Below the pieces are notes generated by a model. The model was not told where the DNA came from and ran no database searches. It worked only from the letters and a program-made list of their open reading frames with translations. The position numbers and the translations under genes are program-made. 64,000 nucleotides of DNA from Thermoplasmata archaeon (GTDB lineage Archaea > Thermoplasmatota > DTKX01 > DATEUP01), in contig JBGPJF010000004.1 of the NCBI GenBank assembly GCA_041485285.1, forward strand, positions 24,468 to 88,467, given 5' to 3'. Below, one piece after another: positions 21,155 through 31,456 of this stretch (positions are counted from its first letter, which is position 1; each line of letters begins with the position of its first letter).

Positions 21155-24100
21155 CTACGGGTTGGGGCGCTGCCGTCGCGACCGAACGACCACGTAGGCG
21201 ACGCCGACAACCGCAGCGATCAGAAGGACCCAAACGACCGTTCCGCCGAGCGGGGATTCGGTGGGTCCCGCGGCGTAAACGGCCTCGAGCGTGGCCGGCC
21301 CGGTCGCAACGAACGTGCGGTTGAGCGGGGCTTCGCCATCGGACCACCTAAGGAACGCGTAGGAGTTCCCGAACAAGGCGCCCGTTGACCGCGCGTCGAT
21401 GGTATGGTTGGAATTCTCCAGCCACCAAAAGGTTGCGGACCGGGGCACGAGGACCCCGTCGACCCGGATGCCGATTCCGTCGGGGGAGGTGGTGATCAGC
21501 ACCCTGTGGGCCGTCTCAAAGGTCGCCACCAGGTCGAGCGGCCCATTCACGTTGAACAGCCGGTCCTTTGAGCCGCCGTCGGACCACGAGAGGAATCTGC
21601 GCGTGGTCGAATTGCTCCCCTGTGGGTCGGGAACGTAGAGGGAATAAGTCTTGAACGCGTCCCACCACAGCTGCAACGGGCTCTCCAATTCCTCGCCATC
21701 TACGGCGATGCGCAAGTTCGACGGGTGGGTGGCGATCGTCACCTCGAATTGGCGAGTGAAGAGGGCGGAGAGGGAAACGGGGCCATCGATCGAGAGGTGC
21801 AGGTCTGCCTGCGACCCGCCGGCCCACGACTTGAAGATGAAGCGCTCGCGGCCGACGGTCGTTGACGCGTCGGCCGACAGGTCATGGGACGACCCGGCCG
21901 ACCACCAGAACGACGTGGAGCCATTCCGGGCGACCCCATCGACCCGCACCACGGCGCCCTCCGCCGAAAGGGAGAGCGTGACGAGGTGCTCGACGCGGTA
22001 GGTCGCGGAGAAAGTGACGGGGCCCCGCGCAACGACCACGTGCGATGCGGCCAAACCGTCCGACCACGACTCGAAACGGTACCGGGTCCCGGGGGGGCCA
22101 TCAGCGTCGGAGGCTTCCAGCGTGTGACTCGACCCATTCTCCCACCAATCCTCATGCTGCGCGACGGCCGTCACGCCGTCCACCATGATCGAGACGTTGG
22201 CGGGCGCCGAGAGAATCGCGGTTCGGTAGAACGTGGCAAAGCGCGCCACGAACGTGGATGGCCCTGACGCAACCGCCAAGTGCGAGGCTGAGCCGCCATC
22301 CGACCACGCTAAGAATCGGTATTCCACGTCCCCGACCGCTTGCGGGGACTGCGCCGAAAGGGTGTGGAGCCATCCGCCTCTCCACCAAGAAGTGTTGGCA
22401 CTTCCGGTCTGAACGCCGTCGACCGCGAGCGCGCGGCCGGGCGGCTCGGTTGTCACCGTGACGAGATACTCCGGGTCGAACGATGCAAGGAGCATTGTGG
22501 GGGCGAGGGCGGTAACGCTGTGGTTCTGCGTGAGGCGGTCCGACCAGCCGGCGAAGGCGTAGCGAATGCCGCCGCTCTCGGCCTGCGTGGAATCCGCGCC
22601 CACGAGGTGGGAACTCCCCGCGGCCCACCAAAGGGACAACGGGGAAGGCTGGGCGGCCCCGTCCACCGTGATGTCCAGGCAGCACGGATCCGTGTAAATC
22701 TCGACGAGGAATGCCCGCGCAAAGCTCGCCGTCAGATTCGAGGGCGCTCCGCACACCACGCCGTGTGAGGCCGCACCGCCGTCGCTCCAATTTGCCAAAG
22801 CGAATTGTGTTGACCCCACAATCTGAGGCGACAGGGCGTCGAGGAGCGCCACGGCCCCCGCAAGGCACCAGACGTGCGTCGGCGTTTGGAACACGACCCC
22901 GTCGACGGAGAGGTCGAGCCCTGGGGGATCGGTGCGGAGGGTCAGGTTGTACCTGGTCTCGTACCGCGCAGTGATGTTCTTCGAGCCATCACACAAAACC
23001 GTGTGGTTCCGCGCGCCCCCGTCCGTCCAATTGGAGAACACGTAGCGGACGCTGTCATTTCCCTGGACGGCGGGAGCGTCGACGGCGAAGGAGTCGTTCA
23101 GGGAGCACCACACGGTTTTCGATGCCGCCTGGGGGAGCGAATCGACCGAAAGGGTGAGGTTGGGGGGGTTGGAATCGATCCGGACTTGGAGGGCTGAGAA
23201 ATTGAACTTCCAAAGGAAGGCGTCGTAGGAGCCCCCGAGGCTACGGTCGACCCCCGCCCCGCGCACGGGAAGGTCGGTCGAGTTGGTCCAACCGACGGCA
23301 TGAACGATTCCGGCGCGGTCCACGGCCAGGTCGATCACTTCATCAAGGCCGTCGCCCCCCAGCAGGCTCGAATAGAGGATCCCGCCACCAGCGGTGTCGA
23401 TCCGCGCAATGAACGCCTCGTCACTCCCATTGAAGGTCGTGTCCACCGCGTCGGCCGTGAAAAGGAAGGAGTCGGTGTAGCCGCTGAATCCCGAGACGGC
23501 GAGCCGATTGTCGGGGAGGGTGGCGACCCAGTTGCGGTAGTACCCGGGGCCGGCTCCGCCGAAGAACATGCAAAACTCGGCACCGGCCCCATCGCCCGTG
23601 AGCAGTGCAACAAACGAGGCGCGCGCGGGGCCGGGCTTTGGGCCGCTGCAATTGGTGGCGCCCCCGAGGAGGTCGTCGGACGTGCTGCCGCCGGACACGA
23701 CAATCTTCCCGTCCGAACGCAGGTCCATCGAGAGCACCCCGTCGTCCCCGCTTCCACCGATGAGGGTGGAAAAGACGAGCGCAGACCCGTTGGCGGCGAC
23801 GCGCGCCACGAAGCCGTCGACCGGGGCGCCGGTCGTGTTTAGGGCTCCCACGGTGGTAGGGAAGCCGTAGCCCTGCGTGCTTCCCGCGACGTACGCGGTC
23901 CCATCGCCGCCCACGACCACGGCGTTGGCGCGGTCGTATTCCGAGCTTCCCAAATACGTCGCGTAGTCGATGGAGGCCCCGCTTGCGTTGACCTTGAGAA
24001 CAAAAGCGTCGTCCTGCCCGTTTTCGGTGTTGTCGAAGGCGTTTGGGTCAAACGGGATTTCCCCCGAGCCGGCAGCGCCCACGAGGTAGGCGCCGCCTTG

Positions 24101-25402
24101 TCGATCGATCGCGAGCGTATTGGCGCCGGGAATGAAGGCGCCGCCGAGGAACGTCGAAAAAACCAACGCGTCCCCCGCGGCGTTCAGCTTGGTAAGGAAG
24201 ACCGAGGGGGTGGCCCCGTAGGTCGTGGAGTAGGCACCGGGCGTCGTTGGGAAATCAAACGAGTTGGTCTCCCCCACAACAAACGCCTGTCCGGCGGCGT
24301 CGACGGCAATCGCGTATCCGCCCTCATCATAACGACCTCCGAGCAGGGTCACCCAATCAGGCGCGCTGGCAGTAGCGTTGAACTTAGCGACCCATGCGTC
24401 GGTCGTTCCTTGGAAGCCGGAGTCGAAGCTGCCGGGGGTGACGGGGAAGTCGCTCGAATAGGTGATCCCGGAAGCATAGGTGTTGCCGGCGGGGTCGACG
24501 GCCACGGACCAAGCCTCGTCGCGGGCGCTGCCGCCGAAGTAGGTCCCGAACACAAGGGGGTCGATCGTTAGCGGCAGGGCCCGATCCACGCCGTCGCACG
24601 CGAACGAGAGCGTGTCGAGGCCCGCCAGTTCGAACGCACAGGCTAAATTCGGCCTGCCGTTCTGGAGGGCGACAGGCGGCGAGTCGCGCAGTTCTTGCGT
24701 CCCCACCGCCACAACAAGCGCTCCCTCATCATCGATGCGCAAGGACAGGGCGCCTTCGTACGCAACGCGGACCTTGGCCGGGTCAACACCGGCTTGCAGA
24801 TGGAATTCGTACTTCAACCCCGCGAGCCCAAGCGAATAGACCAGGTCGACCCCATCGAAGATGCCCGTGAAGCGGACGTGTTCGAAGGAAGCGAGGTCCC
24901 TTTGCCATTTGGCGGGGTCGTTTCCCCGAAAAACGTTCGTCGTTGCGCCGAGCTTGCCGGCCCCCTCCGGGTCGACCATGTTGCCGCCGGGGAAACGCAC
25001 CGTGACCGCGCGGTCAGAGCCGGACTGCACAAAGACGACCGTGCCGCGTCCAAAATGGACCGTCAACGAACCGCTGCGCGCCGTAAACGCATACTTTTCT
25101 CCCTGCCATTCACCGGGCGCCTGGAGGAAGCCCGGAGCGCGGCCTGCGATGGAGGGAGGCGCGCCCCCAGCCGCAAGAGGCCGCGGAGCAATTTCGGAAG
25201 GCGGCGACGCCATGGGTGCGTGCGCCGCGTGGTCGCTCGGCCTCACGGGGGGTTCGAGGGGTTCCGGCCCTGTCCAGAGCTGGCCGCCTGCGGCGGCGAG
25301 GACCATCCCGAGGACGACACCGCTTGCAAGCGCCGTTGATGATCTCGTTGAGAAGGCGCGTTTCGTCAAGATCGTCGAATACAGCCAGCCCTCGCCCGGC
25401 AT
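21155..25402 (-). CDS. Surface protein: SBBP beta-propeller repeats, tandem InlB-B-like repeats of about 80 aa, C-terminal TM
   Basis: LTIDPLVFGTYFGG, repeated 'AVDxxGxxYxxGxTxSxDFPTTPGA'; repeated 'RYxFxxWSDGG...H'; hydrophobic tail plus RSRRQR. Confidence 0.88.
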   Translation of the reverse strand: MPGEGWLYSTILTKRAFSTRSSTALASGVVLGMVLAAAGGQLWTGPEPLEPPVRPSDHAAHAPMASPPSEIAPRPLAAGGAPPSIAGRAPGFLQAPGEWQGEKYAFTARSGSLTVHFGRGTVVFVQSGSDRAVTVRFPGGNMVDPEGAGKLGATTNVFRGNDPAKWQRDLASFEHVRFTGIFDGVDLVYSLGLAGLKYEFHLQAGVDPAKVRVAYEGALSLRIDDEGALVVAVGTQELRDSPPVALQNGRPNLACAFELAGLDTLSFACDGVDRALPLTIDPLVFGTYFGGSARDEAWSVAVDPAGNTYASGITYSSDFPVTPGSFDSGFQGTTDAWVAKFNATASAPDWVTLLGGRYDEGGYAIAVDAAGQAFVVGETNSFDFPTTPGAYSTTYGATPSVFLTKLNAAGDALVFSTFLGGAFIPGANTLAIDRQGGAYLVGAAGSGEIPFDPNAFDNTENGQDDAFVLKVNASGASIDYATYLGSSEYDRANAVVVGGDGTAYVAGSTQGYGFPTTVGALNTTGAPVDGFVARVAANGSALVFSTLIGGSGDDGVLSMDLRSDGKIVVSGGSTSDDLLGGATNCSGPKPGPARASFVALLTGDGAGAEFCMFFGGAGPGYYRNWVATLPDNRLAVSGFSGYTDSFLFTADAVDTTFNGSDEAFIARIDTAGGGILYSSLLGGDGLDEVIDLAVDRAGIVHAVGWTNSTDLPVRGAGVDRSLGGSYDAFLWKFNFSALQVRIDSNPPNLTLSVDSLPQAASKTVWCSLNDSFAVDAPAVQGNDSVRYVFSNWTDGGARNHTVLCDGSKNITARYETRYNLTLRTDPPGLDLSVDGVVFQTPTHVWCLAGAVALLDALSPQIVGSTQFALANWSDGGAASHGVVCGAPSNLTASFARAFLVEIYTDPCCLDITVDGAAQPSPLSLWWAAGSSHLVGADSTQAESGGIRYAFAGWSDRLTQNHSVTALAPTMLLASFDPEYLVTVTTEPPGRALAVDGVQTGSANTSWWRGGWLHTLSAQSPQAVGDVEYRFLAWSDGGSASHLAVASGPSTFVARFATFYRTAILSAPANVSIMVDGVTAVAQHEDWWENGSSHTLEASDADGPPGTRYRFESWSDGLAASHVVVARGPVTFSATYRVEHLVTLSLSAEGAVVRVDGVARNGSTSFWWSAGSSHDLSADASTTVGRERFIFKSWAGGSQADLHLSIDGPVSLSALFTRQFEVTIATHPSNLRIAVDGEELESPLQLWWDAFKTYSLYVPDPQGSNSTTRRFLSWSDGGSKDRLFNVNGPLDLVATFETAHRVLITTSPDGIGIRVDGVLVPRSATFWWLENSNHTIDARSTGALFGNSYAFLRWSDGEAPLNRTFVATGPATLEAVYAAGPTESPLGGTVVWVLLIAAVVGVAYVVVRSRRQRPNP

Positions 25403-25459
25403 TATCTAGATTTGCCATCAGTCAGGTAGCGAGCGCGTGAGTGGGCGAGTGCAACGCCC

Positions 25460-26146
25460 TCACAGCTTCAGGTTCTCGCCGGGATTAAGGATCGTGACCT
25501 CGCCCCTGTACCCCCGCTTCTTCGCGTGCTCTTCGAACTCGAAGGGGTCGGCCTCGATCGCGGGCCACGTGCTGTAGTGCATCGGCACGGTCATCGGCGC
25601 CTCGACGAACGCGGCGGCCCACGCCGCCTCGCGAACGCCCATCGTGTAGCGGTCGCCGATCGGCAGGAGCGCGAGGTCGGGCTTGTACAGCTGGCCGATG
25701 AGCTTCATGTCGGAGAAGAGCGCCGTGTCGCCCGCGTGGTACACGGTCTTGCCCGATTCGATCACGGCACCGCAGGCGCCGCCGCCCCCGACGGTCGAAC
25801 CCGTGGGGGGCATGTAGTCGCCCGAGTGCACGGCTTCCACGAGGCGGATGCGCGAATTCTTGACCTTCACCGACCCCCCCTTGTTCATCTGCTCCGTCTT
25901 CACGCCCTGCGCGGCGAGGTACTCCCCGATTTCGTAGATCGCGCAGACCGTCGCATTGTTTTTCTTTGCAATCTCGACGGTGTCGCCGAGGTGGTCGGCG
26001 TGACCATGCGTCACCACGATGATGTCGCAACGGATTGAGTCGGCCTTGCGCTGCGTCTTCGGGTTGCCCGTGATGAACGGGTCGATCGCGATGCGGTCCT
26101 TCCCCTCAATCAACCAAGCCGCGTGTCCGATCCACTCCGCCTGCAG
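25460..26146 (-). CDS. Metallo-beta-lactamase-fold hydrolase (UPF0173)
   Basis: THGHADH, VYHAGDT, LPIGDRYTMG, PMHYSTW; conserved WIGHAAW lies upstream of the track start, implying a CTG start at 26146. Confidence 0.9.
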   Translation of the reverse strand: MQAEWIGHAAWLIEGKDRIAIDPFITGNPKTQRKADSIRCDIIVVTHGHADHLGDTVEIAKKNNATVCAIYEIGEYLAAQGVKTEQMNKGGSVKVKNSRIRLVEAVHSGDYMPPTGSTVGGGGACGAVIESGKTVYHAGDTALFSDMKLIGQLYKPDLALLPIGDRYTMGVREAAWAAAFVEAPMTVPMHYSTWPAIEADPFEFEEHAKKRGYRGEVTILNPGENLKL

Positions 26147-26230
26147 AACGATCCCCGCGCCGGGTGCGGCGGGAGGCCGGATAACCCTTTGGTGCGCCTT
26201 CCCCCGGTCGGGATTGAGGCTCAGAGCGTG

Positions 26231-28681
26231 CTAGCGCGCAGCCCGGTGGCGCCGCCAGACGTAGAGGCCGACCCCCAGCACCGCTATTGAGACAATTCCG
26301 AGGAACGCGAGGCTCAGGCCCGTTAGTTCGTCCCGGGTTACAATGAGCGGGTCGGGCCCGCTCATGTCATACGCTACTAGGAGGCGAATGGCGGCTTCGC
26401 GGTGAAGTCCCTCGGCCTCCGCTTCGATGCGAAGGTCGTAGTGGCCCCCTGGAAGAAAATTCGCGCCCTCGATGACGAAATTGCACGACCCGCCTACTGG
26501 GAGCGCCGCCGGGGTGCACGTCCCGACGAGGCCACGCGGCGCCCCGAGAAGGCGCACGGTGAGCGGGCCTCCGGCAAAGCCGTGCAAGCCGACCGCGTCG
26601 AGGGTGACGTTTGCTTGCCCATGTTCAAAAAACTGGGCGTAGCCCTGCCGCGGCGAGAGGACAAAGTCCGGGCCCGTGACGGGGCGGTAGATGGGCACCA
26701 AGGACACCGGACCTTCCACGTCTTCGAACCGGTCGCGTGGCCCGGGGGGCGTCCACCCAACAAATGCCAACTCGCCTGCGGCGTTTGATGTAACGAGGGG
26801 CGCTTGGATGTGGTGCAGCCCGACCCCGACCCACTCGGAGTAACTGCCCCCGTAGACCGTCCCATCGATCAAGATCCCTGGGTCAAACTGCGCGGAGGTA
26901 ACCGTGAGCAGGGCTTCGAGGCGCCATGCGGGTCGGTACGCTGTCCCGGGCCCGCAGGTTACGTTGATGTCCGTGCCGAGGTCGGCCGGCCACCCGAGGA
27001 ACGTCCACCGAAGGCCCTGGGGGGCCGCCGTCGGCGGCTGCGCGTGCAGGTGGAGGGTGCTACCGGCCGTGCACGCGTGGGTGGTATCGCGAAGAGCGGG
27101 GACGCCGTCAATGGTCGCGGAAGCCCCGTCGTACAAACCCCCCATTGAGATGAAGGACGTCGGCGCTAGCGTCAATTTGGCAACCCCGATTGTCTGGGGT
27201 GCACCGGGGGCTCCATCAAACACCGGGAGCCGCTGCAAGGCCGGGCCGGCGAACACCGACGAGGCAAAGTTCCCTGCAACGGCCACGGCCCCGTCCGGCA
27301 TGAGCGCGACCGCCTCGACCGTGTCTAACCCGTCGCCACCGAGGTAGGTCGATTCGTCGAGGTGGGTGCCGTCGGCGGACACACGCATTACAAACCCGTC
27401 GAAGGGGTCCAACTCGGAATCGTAGGCGCCCGGTGAGATGGGAATGAACCCGCGCGCGGTGCCGGCGATGTAAGCGGTCCCGTTGTTATCCAGCGCGAGG
27501 CCCGAGGCCGACGATCCCTCGCCGCCGAAGGTCGCGGCAAACTCGAGGCGGTCGCCTTCGGGGGCGAGCTTTGCAAGGAACAGGCCGGCGACGAGGTCCC
27601 CACCGGCAAAGGCGCCCGCGGTCTCGGGGAACGGCGCAAGGCCCGTGACTGAAATCGCACCCGCGGCGACCGCGGCGGGGATCCTTGCGGGGCTGTTCCC
27701 CGCGACGTACGCGGCTCCCGCCGCGTCGAGGGCGATTGCGCCCGCCTCCCCGCCCGCGCCACTTCCAAGCCCGGTCGAAAAGATCGCGCGAGTGCCATCG
27801 GCCGCGAGCTTGACGATGAAGATGCCCTCTCCATCTCCGCTCTGGGAGTTCGGTCCCACCGTCCAACGGAATCCGGCGAGTGAGGAGCCCGTCGCGAATG
27901 CGTTGCCGTTTGAGTCCACGGCAACGGCGGTGGCGGTGCTCAGGGGGCGCTCGAAGGCGGGTTCTTGCCAACTGGCGTTGCCGTCGAGGTACGTGGAAAA
28001 GGCGACGGAGCCACCATCCGCCGCGACCTTCATCATGAACGCGCGCTCCCCCGCGCGCCTCTCGACATCGTAGGCTCCCGGCGTTAGGGGAAACGGCTCC
28101 GCGTTCGGGAGCCCTTCTGGGTAGGTGCGCCCCACGAGGAATGCATGACCCTGGGCGTCCACCGCCAGGTCCTCCACCTCGCAGCCCGGGATCCGCGTGC
28201 TGAAGACCAGCGATGTGCCGTTGGGCGTCAACTTCGCAAGGTAGCTTCCGCCGCCGTCGTGCGAGAACGCGTTGGCGGTCGTGGGGAAGTGCGAATCCCT
28301 CGACCACCCCCCGATGTAGATGAAACCGTCGCGGTCGACGGCCGCCGAGGGTTGCCCGTCGTACCAGGAGCCGCCAATGCGGGCGACGAAATCGTAGGAG
28401 GCGCCCGAGCCGTTGATCTTGGCCACAAAAATCTGGCCGCCGCTGGTGTTGAGCGCGCCCGCGGTGGCCGAGAACGCCTCCGACAAGGTTACGCCAACAA
28501 TGATCACCGCCCCATCGGGGGCCACAACCATGTCCATAAGGCGGTCGGGGGCGTTGCCTCCGGCAAAAGCGATGTAGTGGACGGTCGCGGCCTCGGCAGG
28601 CGCGGGGACACCGACCGCGAGCAACAGGAACACCGCGGTTGAAGCGGCGGCGCGGGCGCCTCTCGAACGTCTCTGGGTCAT
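26231..28681 (-). CDS. Second SBBP-repeat surface protein with C-terminal TM
   Basis: Signal peptide from MTQRRSRG; 'AVDxxGxxFxxG...PxTPGAYD' repeats; hydrophobic tail plus RRHR. Confidence 0.8.
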   Translation of the reverse strand: MTQRRSRGARAAASTAVFLLLAVGVPAPAEAATVHYIAFAGGNAPDRLMDMVVAPDGAVIIVGVTLSEAFSATAGALNTSGGQIFVAKINGSGASYDFVARIGGSWYDGQPSAAVDRDGFIYIGGWSRDSHFPTTANAFSHDGGGSYLAKLTPNGTSLVFSTRIPGCEVEDLAVDAQGHAFLVGRTYPEGLPNAEPFPLTPGAYDVERRAGERAFMMKVAADGGSVAFSTYLDGNASWQEPAFERPLSTATAVAVDSNGNAFATGSSLAGFRWTVGPNSQSGDGEGIFIVKLAADGTRAIFSTGLGSGAGGEAGAIALDAAGAAYVAGNSPARIPAAVAAGAISVTGLAPFPETAGAFAGGDLVAGLFLAKLAPEGDRLEFAATFGGEGSSASGLALDNNGTAYIAGTARGFIPISPGAYDSELDPFDGFVMRVSADGTHLDESTYLGGDGLDTVEAVALMPDGAVAVAGNFASSVFAGPALQRLPVFDGAPGAPQTIGVAKLTLAPTSFISMGGLYDGASATIDGVPALRDTTHACTAGSTLHLHAQPPTAAPQGLRWTFLGWPADLGTDINVTCGPGTAYRPAWRLEALLTVTSAQFDPGILIDGTVYGGSYSEWVGVGLHHIQAPLVTSNAAGELAFVGWTPPGPRDRFEDVEGPVSLVPIYRPVTGPDFVLSPRQGYAQFFEHGQANVTLDAVGLHGFAGGPLTVRLLGAPRGLVGTCTPAALPVGGSCNFVIEGANFLPGGHYDLRIEAEAEGLHREAAIRLLVAYDMSGPDPLIVTRDELTGLSLAFLGIVSIAVLGVGLYVWRRHRAAR

Positions 28682-29007
28682 GACCGTCCAGCCCCGCCTC
28701 GCCCTACGATGGAGAACCTCTTGTGGGGCCACGTATTGGAATTTTCGGTATGCCCGGCTCGGCAGCGACTTCGTTTTCAATCGGGGCGCCCCCACTTTTG
28801 GCGCCCGGGGGCGTTTCGGGCGGCCTCTGCGGAGGGCCTTTTCGGGGCCCGTCCCGCAGCCACCCCCAGGGGCACCGGAAAGCGGCCGCAAAAGGGGCGG
28901 GCGGGAACACGGAATTCGAAGCGAAATTCCTCCCAAAATGGCTGGAATCTGGCCAATGATCACCTTTTTATCCAGCCCCTTTCCATCAGAAACGCGGGAT
29001 GCACACT

Positions 29008-29499
29008 ATGCCGGGGATTCTCGAAGCGGAACTGCCAGGGATCGGCCGGCGGTTCACGCTGCCCCTCGAATCGGGCGGTGAACTTGCCGTCGTCGTCCAC
29101 AAGAGCGGGGACAAAGACCTCTACTTCCGCGAGCCGGGCGGCGACGACCCGATCGCCGTGGAACTCGGGGACGGCGAGGCCAAACGCCTCGCCGCGGTGC
29201 TCACGGGCGGCTTCTGGCAACCCTCCCCGATTGACATGTTCCGCGCGGCACTCGCCAAAAAAGCGGGCCTCGAAACCGTCACGGTGCTCGGCGCGTCGCC
29301 GATTGTCGGCCGGAAGATCACCGACCTCGAAATCCGCCGCCGCACGGGCTGCTCGATCGTCGCGATCCTGCGCGAGGACGGCTCGTCTTTGCCGAACCCC
29401 GCCCCCGAAACCGCGGTCGAGGCCAACGACATCCTGGTCGTCATCGCCGACGCCGAAGGCGTCGCGAAGCTTGAGGACCTCGTCCACGCGGGCGCATGA
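29008..29499 (+). CDS. KhtT-like regulatory subunit of a K+/H+ antiporter (TrkA-C/RCK_C domain)
   Basis: ELPGIGRRF, GRKITDLEIRRRTGCSIVAILR, PNPAPETAVEANDILVV; TATA CTTTTTAT at about 28964. Confidence 0.85.
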   Translation: MPGILEAELPGIGRRFTLPLESGGELAVVVHKSGDKDLYFREPGGDDPIAVELGDGEAKRLAAVLTGGFWQPSPIDMFRAALAKKAGLETVTVLGASPIVGRKITDLEIRRRTGCSIVAILREDGSSLPNPAPETAVEANDILVVIADAEGVAKLEDLVHAGA

Positions 29500-29608
29500 C
29501 CCCCGGCGGCACGCCCGCCCTCGCGCGCCCTTCGCGCGCGGAGCGCGGCTTAGCCCCTTCAACCCCCAACACCAACACGAAACAATCGGCGGCCCGGAGG
29601 TGAAGTAA

Positions 29609-31402
29609 GTGGCGTTCGACTTTCTCTCGCTCGCGGTCGTTACGATCGCCGCGTTCGTGGGCGCCGTCGTGGCGTCCAAGCTCGGCCAATCGGTGATCCT
29701 GGGCTACCTCGTCATCGGGATTGCCCTTGGCAACCTGAACACATGGTTTTTCCAGCCGCAGACGGGCGTGAACCTCGTCGAGTCGCCCACCGTCATCGCG
29801 CTCTCCGACCTCGGCATCGCATTCCTCCTGTTCTTCGTCGGGCTCGAGTTCTCCGTGCGGAAACTGCGCACCGCCGGCAAGCCCTCGACGATCCTCGCGT
29901 TCGTGGATTACGGCGTCCTGATCTTCTCCGGGTTCCTGGTCGGGGCCGCCTTCGGCTGGGGCCCGGTCGAGTCCCTGTTCCTCGGCGGCATCATGGCGAT
30001 GTCGTCGCTCGGGATCGCGGCCAAGAGCCTCATCGACCTCAAGCGGCTCGACGGCGCGCACCCGGAGACTGAGGTGCTCCTCGGGTCGATGGTCGTCGAG
30101 AACTTCCTGTCGATGATCCTGCTCACGATCTCCGTGGGGTGGGTCGCCGGCCAAGGCACCACCGTCGCCATCCTCCACTCCGTCCAGGGCGCCGCTATCA
30201 TCTACGGCGGGTTCCTCGCGGCCGCCGTCTTCCTCACGCCGCGGCTTGCCGCGGCCCTGTCGCGGATCAAGAACGAGGAGGTGTTCGTCCTCCTCGCCCT
30301 AACGTTGATCTTCGCCTCCGCCGGCCTTGCCGTCGGCTTCGGCACGCCGTTCATCCTCGGGACGTTCTTCATCGGCATGGCCTTTTCGGAGACGAAACTC
30401 ACCGACCGCCTCCAACTCAAGCTCTCCACCTTCCGCGACGCGTTCGTGGCCGTGTTCTTCGTCCACTTCGGCATGAACATCGCCGTCGACCTCATCCCTG
30501 GCGTGTTCCCGCTCCTCATGGTCTGCGTGGTCGTCGTGCTCATCGACGAGGTGCTCATCCTCTCGGCGTTCTCCGTGCTCCTCGGCTTTGGCAAGCGCGC
30601 GGCGGTCGCCATCGGCACCGCGGCCTGCGGCCGCAGCGAGGACGCGATCATCTACGCGTCGCTCGGCTCGAACCTCAGCCGCACCGAGGGGGGCGTCACG
30701 GTGCCGGCGCTTGCCCACTCGCGCGAGTTCTTCCCGCTTGCCGGCGGGCTTGCGCTCATCACTTCGGCCATCACCCCCGTGCTCATGCGGCGCAGCGAAT
30801 CGATCGCCTACGGCCTCGCGCGCTTCACGCCGCGCTCGATGCGCTTTGGCGGCCGCGTCATCGGCGCGATCTTCGGGGAATCGATCGGACCTCGCGCGCG
30901 CTCCCACCCGGCAACGCACGGCGACCCTGTCCTGCTCGCCCTCTGCGGAGCGTACCTGGTCCTCCTCGTCCCGCTCGCGTTCTCCTCGGGGCCCGGCCAC
31001 ACCGTCCTTGCGCCCTTTGTCCTGCTCATCTCCCTGTTCATCTGGCGCGAGGTGCGCATCGATGTCGAAGAGGCCGTCCCCAAGGTCGACTTCGCGCGCC
31101 TGCGCTTCCTTGTCCACGATGTCGCGTCGATCGCGCGCTACACGGCCTTCGTGGTGCTCATCCTGCTCCTGTTTGTCGACGCGGCCGCGTTCACCTTTGT
31201 CTACTCCTGGAAGTGGGCGGCCCTTGCGGGCGTCCTATGCCTGGCGGCCATTGGCCTCGCCTCCACCCGGATGATGCGCGCCATCACGCGGCCCCCGGCC
31301 CGGATGCTCGCCGACGACCTGCTCTCACGCGCCGAACTCGAGCGCCGCCACCGCCGCCGCAGCAGGGGGGAAAGCCGATCGAGCGCCCCAAAGAATTTAT
31401 GA
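29609..31402 (+). CDS. Cation:proton antiporter (CPA2, KhtU-like) with extra C-terminal TM helices
   Basis: LGIAFLLFFVGLEFS, FRDAFVAVFFVHFG; follows the khtT-like gene. Confidence 0.88.
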   Translation: MAFDFLSLAVVTIAAFVGAVVASKLGQSVILGYLVIGIALGNLNTWFFQPQTGVNLVESPTVIALSDLGIAFLLFFVGLEFSVRKLRTAGKPSTILAFVDYGVLIFSGFLVGAAFGWGPVESLFLGGIMAMSSLGIAAKSLIDLKRLDGAHPETEVLLGSMVVENFLSMILLTISVGWVAGQGTTVAILHSVQGAAIIYGGFLAAAVFLTPRLAAALSRIKNEEVFVLLALTLIFASAGLAVGFGTPFILGTFFIGMAFSETKLTDRLQLKLSTFRDAFVAVFFVHFGMNIAVDLIPGVFPLLMVCVVVVLIDEVLILSAFSVLLGFGKRAAVAIGTAACGRSEDAIIYASLGSNLSRTEGGVTVPALAHSREFFPLAGGLALITSAITPVLMRRSESIAYGLARFTPRSMRFGGRVIGAIFGESIGPRARSHPATHGDPVLLALCGAYLVLLVPLAFSSGPGHTVLAPFVLLISLFIWREVRIDVEEAVPKVDFARLRFLVHDVASIARYTAFVVLILLLFVDAAAFTFVYSWKWAALAGVLCLAAIGLASTRMMRAITRPPARMLADDLLSRAELERRHRRRSRGESRSSAPKNL

Positions 31403-31456
31403 GACGATTCCCGTTGCGCGGCTCCGCCTCCACGAGGCGGCCTGGCTCAATTCCGT

